A stretch of DNA of 64,000 nucleotides from Haplodiscus bocki (Eukaryota): positions 76,384,001 through 76,448,000 of the forward strand of contig OZ296658.1 in NCBI GenBank assembly GCA_965655095.1. The letters run 5' to 3'. The translations under genes and the position numbers were made by a program. Each line of letters begins with the position of its first letter. Within the stretch, counting starts at the first letter, position 1. A model generated the notes under the pieces. That model ran no database searches. It saw only the letters and a list, made by a program, of their open reading frames with translations, and was not told the origin of the DNA. Shown here in pieces: positions 48,401 through 60,400 of this stretch.

Positions 48401-51400
48401 TAGATATGACTGTAGAAACGAGTTAACTGCTACGATTTGTTAGGGATTTTTTCACAAGACAGCCGGCCACCACCGGCCTGTTTCCGCCATGCAATTTTGT
48501 TGAACATGCATTTAGAAAGGATTAAAACGTTTTTTCCCTAAATTTAAAACTCTTTTTCTCTCTCTTCATGTTATCTAAGTTTTCCAAATTTGAAAACTTT
48601 CTGATTTCTGGTGAAAACCCTCAATTAAGGTGGAAAAAAAATCTTTTTTGAAATGAAATCATTTAATACACATTCTAGAGCAAAATTGCCACCTTTACCG
48701 ATTTTGAGAAATTTCAAGTCTTTTGAAACAACCCATCGTTTTTTTCTCGAAAAAAACCCAATCGCGTACGCATTTGAGAAAGTTATTATTTCAATCGAAT
48801 TCTACGGCAATTTTCCTATGAAATGATGATAAAATTCAAATTCTAGGTAAAGAAGTGAAGTGTTTGAAAAGCTGTTTGCTAAAGGCCGTTTCTCAGAAAT
48901 ACAGAAGTATATGAAGTCACCCAAGAGCAGAAGTCCACTGCCATCATTTATTTACTAGAAAGAAGAGTGCGAAATATATTTCCACACTAGCAAATCTCGT
49001 TAATAAGTTTTTCAGTACGATTTTCAACCACAGCCTATATGAGAAACCTCAAAGAGAAATATTGTCCTTCTGAAAAAAGTCCTTTTCGTGGAGTCAAAAG
49101 TCACAAAATTCATCACAAAACTAGACCACCAAATAAAACGCAACGCTGGTCTCGGCAATACTGTTTTGAAAAAAAAAAAGGTTTTCACATTGTCTCGGAA
49201 AGTGCTTGTGTTTTGTCTTCGATATCATCTGCAACAGCCACATGTTTTTGGCAGTGTGGGAGACTGGACAGCATGTATTCATCCATATGGATGGGGACAA
49301 GCAGTTTTTCGAAAGCTACAACGGCTTGATAGTCTTCGCAAATGTGAGCAAAATGTTAGCGAAATTGCTTGACAGATCCTTCCCAACAGTTGAACCATGA
49401 ATAACTCCTCAGCAACTCGACTTTTGTAATCGCAATTCAACCATGACGGAAATGATAAGATTCCTGAATGCAGTGTACCAGGGTATGGAATCTCATGTAA
49501 TGCATGCTCTTTATCTGGACTTCGAAGAGGCCTTCGGCAAAGTCTGCCATAAGAAGCTCCTTGAAAAGTTGTACCTCCACGGTTTCTCGGGAGGTGTCCT
49601 GGCAATGATTGAAAGCTATCTTAAAGACCGAGAGTGTACGTTAGAATTGGAAAATCATGTTCAGACAAACCCAGAGTACCTAGCGGAATCCCGCGAGATT
49701 CTGTTTTAGGCACAATATTTTTCATTGTATTCAGCAATCCTTTAGCACAGAAAGTTATGTCAAACTGCTCTGGATATGTTGATTATGAAATCATGTCAGG
49801 GAATTGCATCTCTCTGCAGATAGACGCTTGAAGATTGGCAAGCTGGTCTTTTTCGAACGAGATGAGTTTGAACGCAAAAATTGCAGTCGTAACTTTAACT
49901 TAAGGTGAAGGCAGGTTCAAAATGATCGGTATGTAGCTCAACAGCTCGGAATCTCAGGCGGACATTCGCATCGTCGTCAATGAGACTCTGACCTGGACCG
50001 AACACGCTGATAAGCGCGTTTGCAAAGCCCTCAGACCTTTCTATCTGTTGAAATTGAACACTGTGTTTAACACTGTTTCAAAGGGAATATGTACAAAGTT
50101 TACATAGGTCCCATTTTGTCATATGAAGCCATTTTGTCGAAAGCCGCTAAGATAGATTTTCAAGCAATTGGAAGTGTCCAAAACTGGCATTAAAATGGAT
50201 AATATCACCATCCCTCAGCTACAGGGAAAAACTAGTCGAGCTCGATATACTCACACTCTCACTGTATCATGAATTACATTTCTCTGTACCTTTTATTGAC
50301 ATCATCAATGGCAAGTATCAAATTGACCACTGTAAATATGTAACTGTGGCCCAGAGAATCGGTCGAACGAGATGTGCATAATTGAGGAGATTCATCCCCC
50401 AGAAATTACTATTGGAGACAAATCAGTGATTCCTGGCGGAGAGCATGCTTACTAGTCAACATCATCAACCAATACCTTGGCGAAGATGTAACAAACATAG
50501 AACATCCGAAACCAGTTGATATGGAAGCATACGTCACATGGAACACTTCAACGAAGACAACTTATGCTCTTGGAGACGCTTTTGTCTGTGCAGAGTAGAA
50601 ACACGAAACTGCACAAAGAAAGAAAACAAGGAACTTGCGTGAATGCCGTGATTTTTCTTCCCTCCGGACGTACCCAAAATGCTTTGTTAATATCATCGTA
50701 ATTGGCAAGTAATGGTTTGAAAAATGCGCCCCTCTCAGTGTTTGAGTGGGTACTTTCCCTTCATCTTATAAATGTGTGCGGAAGATAATGATTATAATTC
50801 CTTTTTGTATCAACAGCAATATCCTTCGTAGTGTTGTGATATGCGTTAATTCGTGTACCATGTTTTTCTATGTTCACGCTGTGGATTGACGTTTTGATTG
50901 GTATTTCGAAGCTGTTTTGGTCCCAGAATAATTTGAAAAGAAACCACTTAGTGAGATAATTAAAAATCTGAAATTTGAATAATGGCTAAACTTCATCAGA
51001 ACTCGAAATCAGGGTTGTTTATTTATTTTAGCAATAATTGAAGTACTATCCTAACATTTATTTTTTTTTGCAAAGGACAAGGCCAAGATAATATATTGTA
51101 CCGCGTTCCCGTTCAGTGATTGCAATTACTGCTGCGCGAAAATGATTGTCAAATTATTGCAGCGTCAGCTAGCGTGAGAGCTGTCGCAACTGGTCAATGA
51201 TTCTCGGACTGTGATAAATTGGAAATTATGGAATAATGATTTATTATTTGTGAAATATTTATGTTATGGGAGGAAATTTATCCATTCAAAGCGAACTTTT
51301 TTTTACGCCGAAATGACAAGTGAAAATGTCCGACTGCGAATGTCCGGAAGGTTCGGACCTTGAATTTTTTTAGTAACCAAGTTATTGCAAGTTTGCCGCA

Positions 51401-54400
51401 GAATGCAACTGAAATAGTATGAGCTCTCAGAAGCTTCAAAATTTTGTTTTTTTCTCGAATTTTTTTTGTGATAAGAACTTCTAAAAAAATCACTGAAGTT
51501 GGCAAATTTGCTGTAGAATGCGTATCAAATGATTTTATTTTTTATAAAATGTCTTTTCCACCTTAATTGTGATGTTTGTTGCTAAAAATGTAGAAATTTT
51601 TCAAATTTGGAAAAAATAGAAAAAAATGCTGCGAGTGTTCATGAAAAAAAACGCTTCTATCTTTTTAAAAGGCATTTTAACCAAATGGGAAAGCGGAAAA
51701 TATACCAGTGGTAGCCGGCCGTCTTGTTTTAATTCAGCTGAAAACTTGAAGCGAAAATCTTCAAAAACCTTTGACCAAATCTCGGGATTGAAAAAGTTGT
51801 TTTTCAAACATGTAAAAAAAGCCGATGATTAGAATCACCTTTGTTACGTGCTTACTGAGATTTTAGCTTAGTATTGGTTTGCAATATTTTTTCAGGGCCC
51901 AATAATTCATTGGTGTGTTTTCACAATTGCAATAATTTATTTTTACAGGACAATATATTTTTGTTCATTATTGGAGTCTTAGTAGTGTATTGTTCTACAA
52001 TATCTAACGTCCCTGTAATATGCTTTACGGGTTCTTTAAAGAGCAACATTGAATGAGTCCAAGAGAAAGATAGCCCAGCATCTTGGCACTGATAGCCCAG
52101 CATCTTGGCACTGATTTATTATAACTAATTTTGATTTCAGTTGGAATCGATTGGAGATTTTTTCAACTTTCTCTGGGTTTTATTTAGAAAAATGGCCGAT
52201 GACTGAGTCAGGGTATGTGAGTACTTCTGGGTGCACGGCCAGTGTCGTTGTCATCAAAGGTTCGCATGTGTTTGTGGCACATGTAGGAGACTCTTCTGTG
52301 GTGCTGGCAGAAAACTGCGGAAACTCGACGCTAGATGAACCTGTTAATGCCAATATGGTTAGCCTTTATGGCTGCTAGCAATTTTAGACCGCGGCAAAGA
52401 TACTTACCGTAAAACCTGTAATTGAAGGCCATGGCCTTCTATTTTTCAACCTTCTCACTAGGGTGGCCTTCTATTACAGGTGGCCTTCAATTACAGGGTG
52501 GCCTTCTATTTTTCAACCTCCTCGCTAGGGTGGCCTTCTATTACAGGTGGCTTTCAATTACAGGTTTTACGGTAGTCGACGAAGTGCGTAGTAACGTATT
52601 TAGCAAATTCTCTGCTGTAAATTGCTCTGACTGCACAATGCTCTACATAGCAGGCGTGATATTTGTTTCGAAAGTTATCTCCAAAAAAGCTTTCAGCAAG
52701 AAGTCACTTTTCAACTTTTCTTGAAGTTTTTTATTAGGCATTAGCACCAGATTATTGCCATATAGTTTTACTTTCTTCACACATCTAGAACAAAATGTTA
52801 TCACGATCTATCTGTGCTCATTTTTAGAACCGCGTGGATGTGAAATTAGTTCTTCCCGACTAATGTATTTGGAAAGTGAAAGTATTTATTTACTTTATTT
52901 AACTTTCGCATACTTTTTGATTTCGTTCATTGAATTCAATCCCTGTTGTTTTACTAAAACTTAATCAAGTTTCATGGCGTTTTCGTCTTCTATTGTAATT
53001 GAAAATCAGTCGTTTTACTTGCTATTTATTGGTTTGTTTCTAGTTTTTGAATATGCAGCTTTCATAAGCATTTCTTGCTGCTTATGTTGATTTAATGCAA
53101 TTTTTTGATCCGATTTAAAAATGCGTGGTTGAGATGGTTTGAATTTTGTATTTGTTTGAAATTGCTCGAGTTGAAAATTACTAACAGCGTTTTTGAAGAG
53201 GTAGAAGCTTGTTATTTTTCGCCGTATATGAAATATACAAGAAAAATTATTCATTCAGTACAGTGTACAGTGGGGTCAAATTTCTTTTTCTTTTTTTTTC
53301 AGTGCAAAACTGCCAACTCTTTTTATTCAAAAATAAATGACAGCAGTAGGGTTAGGACAACAGCGTTCTCAAGCAGTAGGTTTGGGGTTCGAGTCTGTCG
53401 TGCCAAATATTTTTACGATTTATCCCTAACCATTTTCTATACCCGAATTTATTGAATTACTAAAGGATTCACCCACGAACTTTTTCGGGACTGTGAGACA
53501 AAAATTTTTCGACGGAATATCTTGATACTCCCCCCCCTCCTCCTATCCAAACTTTTTCGCTACCGGAAATTAATGCAACAGTAAAGGATTTCCCTACGGT
53601 AATTTTCGGCACTGTGAGACAAAAATTTTTTGACGGAAAATCTTGATACTCCCCCCCCCTCCTTCGTATCCAAACTTTTCCGGTACCCGAAATTACTGCA
53701 ACAGTAAAGGATTCCCCTACGAAAATTTTCGGCACTGTGCGACAAAAAACTTTCGTCGGAAAATCTTGATACTCCTCCCCTCTTATCCATAAACTTTTTC
53801 GCTACCGGAAATTTTCTGAAGCACAGCACAGAAGGGTTCACCTGCGAATATTTTCGGCACTGTGAGACAAAAAAATTTCGACAGAAAATCGAAAATCGTG
53901 ACATAACCCTCTGAAGCATAAAATTTTTCGATACCCGAAATCAGTGAAACACTAAAGGGTTCCCCTACGAAATTTTTCGGCACTGTGAGACAAAACATTT
54001 TCGACGGAAAATCTTGATGCCCCCCTTTCCCCCGTCTCTTATCCCTAGCAGTTTTCGATAGCAGACTTTTTCTGAAACACAGAAGGGTTCCTCGAGGGAA
54101 TTTTTTGGCACTGAGAGACGAAAATTTTTCAAGGGAAAATCGTGATACCCTTTTGCATAATGTACAGAAATCAGTCGTGGAATTGATATTTGTAAAAACT
54201 CTTTGAAAACTAATATCAAAACAGTTGTTTTGTTTTTAACCGCTTGCAAAAGTTGATCAAAATATTTGTAGTTGGACGAAAAATATGCTGGTGCTAGCCG
54301 GCCGTCTTGTTACTTTTTTGAATCATTTTTCTTTTTTGGCCGATTTTGCAATGTTCTCACTTTCTCTTTCTGCCGCACTGGAGTACTGCTGGGTGTTAAT

Positions 54401-57400
54401 GGCGGGTTTACTTATCATTTCAGCTTACCCAAGACCATCAACCCCAATATTTCCAAGAGAGGCGGCGCATCAAATTGGCGGGTGGAGCTGTTGAAGTGAA
54501 GAAGGGAGTCACCAGAGTGGTGTGGCGACGACCCAGCTTCCCTGGACAAGTGGCCACCCGCTTCGCCAGCCGATACACCAACGTTCCATTCTTATCCGTC
54601 TCCCGGGCTCTAGGTTGGCTAACTTATCCTACTTGAATCGCGTTTGATATTTCCGAAAGATATAGAGAAAGTACAGAAAGATGTTTGAAATAAGCTAGTG
54701 TATCGGCAGTGGGATTGTCATCATTAATTACCGTCTTAGAAGTGAAAGTGAAGCTTAGTAAACTGCAGAATTTTTGGTTTGCATCAGTTGATTTATTTCA
54801 TGCATTTTGATTAGCATGAAATAAATCGACTGATGCGAACCAAAAATGTTAAATTGACCAGATTTCCTCCATAGTTTTATTTAAGTCACTCTAGATGTGA
54901 AGACGGCTTATTTCTAGCTTAAAAATAACTAAGATCTCTGCGTTGAACAAGATGCCATATTTTGGTATCATTTTGCAATATTTTTTTATTTCAGGTGATT
55001 TGTGGAGTTGGAATGAGGACAAAAGAGAGTACATAGTGTCTCCCAACCCTGACGTCATGTACTTCAATCTGGATCTGAAGAAACACAAATTCCTCGTCAT
55101 TGCATCCGACGGAGTATGGAATGTGTTCCCACCCAAGGCAAGTCACTACCCCCATTCATTTAGTTGAACTCCCACTCCCCATTGGGAAGATGGGAATATT
55201 GCATTCCAAACCAACCTTCAATAAATTATTGGTAAACGTCCTAATACAATTTCAAGAAGCCAAGACTGGCCAGAGTCAGTGCCGCCCGTATGGCTCAAAG
55301 TATTTGTAGAACAGAGTTGATTTTGATGTTTTAAAAAAATTATTTTGGTACAATTTTTGGTGTAAAATGAATGTAGCGAAACATACCTTATGCTGGGATT
55401 CGAACCCGCCACCTGTGGCTTTGGAGCCCTTTTGTCCTATCCCAGTGGGCCATATAAATTGTATTGGGAGGTATCACGAACTTTCCAAAAATTTTCCGTG
55501 TGTGCCTTCGCAAAAAAGTCCATTATATTTAATGGAGGTTTTCAGGAACTTTTTTTAATTCTATCTTATTCTAATAGTTTTGAAAGACATGGTTGTCAAA
55601 CCTACTGCTGTGGGGCCTTGATGGACGTTGGATCAAGCCAGTGGTGTCTTCGTTACGTCTCGGAGGGACTTGTCGGAGCTCTTCAATTAGGTCACAGAGT
55701 CGTTCTAGCTGTTTAGTCAGCGGATCGGTAGCTGCTTTGATCTGCCTGGCTACCTCCTCGGACGTAACGGGGATATTTAAGCTACTAGTAGCACTATTGA
55801 CGTCCTCTGGTTCGTGACCATTCAGAATGTAAGTCCCATCACCAGTTTCACAGTATTCACTCCTACAATTGGGGTACCCATGTCGGTTCACAAAACATTA
55901 GTACGGGGTCAATATTTTGAATTAGCTTGCTGAGGTTACAACATTGAGTTAGAATGTTTACAAGATTGATATAAAAGTGTAATGAGGTCTGGTATTCGTG
56001 ATAAACGATAACTGAGTGGAGGTTCGATGAAAAGTGAGTTATATCGTTACTAGCTGTATCTTGACGTTACTGCGGGTCTCATGACTTGAGTTTCCCGTGC
56101 TGGGTGGTTAATTGCTAATAATTGGTCACGTAACACCATCCTGCGCTAAGATTTGTTACTTGCTTTAGCAACTTCATTAGCACTTAGGTGACAACGCTAT
56201 TCTTGCCTCCAATCGATTAGTGGCCTCAAATACAAATTGCACTTTGATTGGCCTCACGCCTTTTGTTCGTGGTGGTAATAATTGTTTGAAATGGCAATGA
56301 TTAATGTTGGATAGCTTCCAGCACATATACGGCGGCTCAAACAGCAGTGCTCTAATGATTTGAAGTTATGGCTCTATAGCACGAGCGATGCATCTCGCTA
56401 GACAGCGCTCAGCGATGAAGCACAGCTTCGGAGTGAAATAATTACTGGTATGAAAATGAAAACTCGTGAACTAAATAAAATGTAATGCAGTGAATGGATG
56501 GTGTTTAACGATGTGGCTGGAAGTGTCATGACAAGCAACGTAATGATAGCGTTTAATAGTGCACAATGATGTCAATGTAGCTCCTTAGAATACATATAAT
56601 ACATAATCACGTTCATAACTGATTGGGAGGAGATAATGGTACATAGAGGCGCTCATATTGTGTTGTGGGTATAAAGCTGCATAATTTTTTTTATTAGGTG
56701 ATAATAAAAAGCATAAGGGCTTCATGGATATAACATAGGCTACTCGCATAATCAGATTATATTGTTCATATTTCCATCATGCGAGGGCTTGACAATGGTT
56801 TAATTCTTAGCATCAAAAACTATAATTTGCCGCAAAAATGCAGCTGTACAAAAAGTGGATCAAATCGAATTGAGGTCTATAGAAATTGAAAATGGATCGG
56901 AAAAATTAATTGTGCCTAAGTTCGCTCCCGCAGTGTAGTATTATAAACGATGCGTACTATTTTTGAAAAAAAAACATTGGGACAATACGAATTTCTGCTA
57001 AATACACAAAACAACCAAAAACTATGAATAGTGCCCAAAAGAAAAGTTCTTGAATTTCAACTAGTTTAGTAATGTTTGTTTGAAATCTCAAGAATGATTA
57101 CAGTAGTTTGAAGATTTTGTATCCACATGTATTTACACTTACCTTGCGCGAGTTACCTTACACTTAACACAGCTTTAAAATTTTCCGATTTGGTGACAAC
57201 TGACACAAGTTCCTAGATTTGACCAGAGAAAGTGGAGTGGCCTAGGCTCGAACCTGGACCGTTTACGACGCAGACGCTGTTCTACCTGACTGTGCCGTTG
57301 TGGCTTCAGAGTCAGTGTTTTTTTTCGAAATATGAAGAGAATGAAGTATTAAAGCATGTGTTTATGAAATACTTGTATATAACCGTTCGTGCTTATCAGA

Positions 57401-60400
57401 CGTGTACAAAATTTTATAGAATTGACTGGGTTAATTAAATTGCTCTTTAATCCGTAGCTTTTGTGATACCATGACATCTTCAAAATAGTTTTACTTGATC
57501 GATTTGTTCTTTAGTTTTCCGTTGGCGCATGTGTGGCGAAGCGGAGCTTCGCCTCTTTGCAAGGTAGCTGTTTTGTTTTGCATCACAGCTTTGGATATTT
57601 TAAGTGCCTCGAAATTCATTTACATTCACTCAAGATCCCCGAGACCTATTACTGATTGCTGTGAAAAATTGACAACTCAGATATTTACGCGGCATGAAAA
57701 TGAAAAGGCATGAGTAATTATTACTTACATGTATCAAGGTAAAGACGGTGTCACTTTAATTGTAGTGTCCATTCCATGAACTTAATTAGGTATCCAGCTT
57801 ATGGGCTTCAGGCCTGTGGATTTTGTTTTTTCTTCGCTTCTTCGAGCATTTTTGGCAAACCGATTCTTACTGGCCGGCTTTCATGTTTATTTATATTTAC
57901 TTTCCTCGCAGCTAAAATGAACGTCACTATTTATTTCCTCTATAGAAATTTCAAGCCTCTTTTTGAAAAGCAAATTGAATGATTGATGATGGAAGGAATT
58001 AGCGTAATTTGTGTCAGTAATAGAACAAATTCGATCAAAAGCGTTGACCTAAAAGCAACAGCTCACTTTCTGAAAGCATATTGGTAAACAAAGTTCAACA
58101 AAAATTAGGCAATACTTCATCAACGCAGAATTAAGTGCGCGCATTTAATACAACTACGTTCAAAATGCAAAAACGTTAAAATGAGCATCGTCAATGTCAA
58201 CAAAATTAAACAAGCTGCAAATCAGTTTAGGTTGAAAGATTTCGATATGCCAATCACCGATTCAGACGTATTAACACAGCATGTATTTGTGGATGTGACA
58301 TACTACACATTTCTCTTGATGCGCATATTATTGACTACCGTGTGTAACACGACTAGCCAAGTGGGAAAACACTTTTCCTGTGGGCTGACATACATGAGTT
58401 CGTATTTAATCCAACCCGCAATTTTTCTAAAACACTCAAACTTGCCGAATCCCGATTTCCTCAAATTTCCCGTTTCCTGTAATGAGAAATAGTGATCGGG
58501 TGAGGGAAGGCAAAAAAAACTTATATCATAGATTGCTGTGTCGAATTCTCGGTGTAAAAAGCCTTATGAAATTTTTGAAAGTTCCGACACGATGCACGCA
58601 AAAGTTATAAATTTTTCATGAAGGTGAATAATTGACAGGGAAGCAACCGCTCTGAAGAAGGAAATTGCATTTTCATCTTGATGCTGAATTGCGTTTTTCA
58701 CTTTCACCTCCAATTTTCCGTACTTCTTTCTGCTGGAAAACTCCATGTTAACTGCTGACTTCACATGCAGATATTTGAGTTGCTGCATCCTTCAATTTTT
58801 TCATCGTTTTCTACACCTGGATGCGAGTCCGAGAAACCTTGAATGCCGAAGTGCCATCATTCAACGTTTTTGGGAGCCCTGGCAAAGTCTTCCAGTTCAG
58901 TTTCTTCTTTCCATACGGATGGGGAAATTGTGATTTTCTCAAATCACTCATTCTAGTAAATTTAGAAATACGAACATAATCTTCCAGTTTTTTCTAATTC
59001 ACTGGAGTCGAGTGACAGCTACTTCTCGCCAATTTTCAACGACCAGCTTGAGGGAGGATTTGTGGGTGCGCCTGGTACACCTTTTCCAGGTATAGTATTG
59101 AGTGGAAGAAGCATCTTGATTTTCTAGCACTAGGTAGTGCCTTTTCCAAGGCTTTCATGGCAGCAAGCTTTTGTTCAAGCTAAATTTCATGAGTAACTGT
59201 ATTCGGGGGGAGTTACAACGGAATATCCAGGGAACGTTTATAGCTGTTTTCCGTTTTGTTCGGTAGAAATGCATACATGCATGCTGGCAATGTTTCAGGA
59301 TCCTGATAGTGAGCGGTGTACAGCTGATAAATTTCTTTTGAACTTTTCTTAAATGTCCCATCTGCTAGAGATGATGGAGATGACTGCAAATGATTCAACT
59401 TTTCATCGTCTGTGAAAACGCAGATCCTTTGATGGGTCTTCTTTGCCAGGTCATGCGCTTCGAAGGAGTGAAAATCATTTGGAACGGCGAACTTTTTGCT
59501 AACAGGTTCCATTTGATGGGACAAATTCTTTTTCGTCGAAGTGGTTGGGAAGCTTTGAAGACTGGTGTTGGAGGTCAGTGTGAACTGAGTTGCGTTTTTT
59601 TCCGTGACGCCCGACAATGTCGATGCAAGGAAAGCTACAGGGTTTCAAGTTTTACTCATTTCTTTGATAATTTTGAAACTTTTTTGAGCTCCAACTTATC
59701 CTTACTGAACGTCCTGATCTTGGCTCGCTGGAATCAAAATCAGCTGCACGCCATTTGCTTTGCAATGATTCTGCAGCTGCATGGTATTGGACACAAATCA
59801 AGGCTGTGGTTAATTGGTTCCATTTTCTTGTAGTCTTCATAGGCGTCTAGCGCCGGAATTGTTTTCGATATGCTAGATAGCACCATTTCAGCGCTACTTA
59901 TTGTGGTTTTGTGTTTGAGTGTAACTTTAATGATTGAGTCTGAGATACTTTTTCACAGAGTGGTTGCACACCTGATTTTCTCCTTTAATTATCACACTCT
60001 TTCTGAGGCAACGAAAATGAAATGCGTTGACCTTTTATATTGTTCTACTTACGTAAATCAAACGCAGAAATTATTTTTTTCACTGAGAACGCTAATTACT
60101 CTGTTTTTAGGCATAATAATAATAATAAATACTGGTATGGCTTCTAAAAAAATTTTTAGGCCACACTATCATTAATATTCTGGATTAAAATGCCCTGGCA
60201 CCGGTGATTCAAATATTCTCAAGTTTTTCAATTTAATTCTTATTTCCTGCTGATTCAAGTTAGTGAATTTCCATCGCGTCGAAAAAATTGGTGAATATTG
60301 ACCATTTGACCATGGTATTCTCGGAAATTTTCGCCAGTCTGAATAATGTGCATTTTTTCGAGCTCTTAGACTTCTGCTTTTTTGCTTAATTCTATTTTAA

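Noticed and set aside
57235-57300. tRNA-like sequences (also 9420-9480, 55385-55450)
   Set aside because: Only B-box/T-arm similarity, with no full cloverleaf; treated as SINE-type relics, not tRNA genes.
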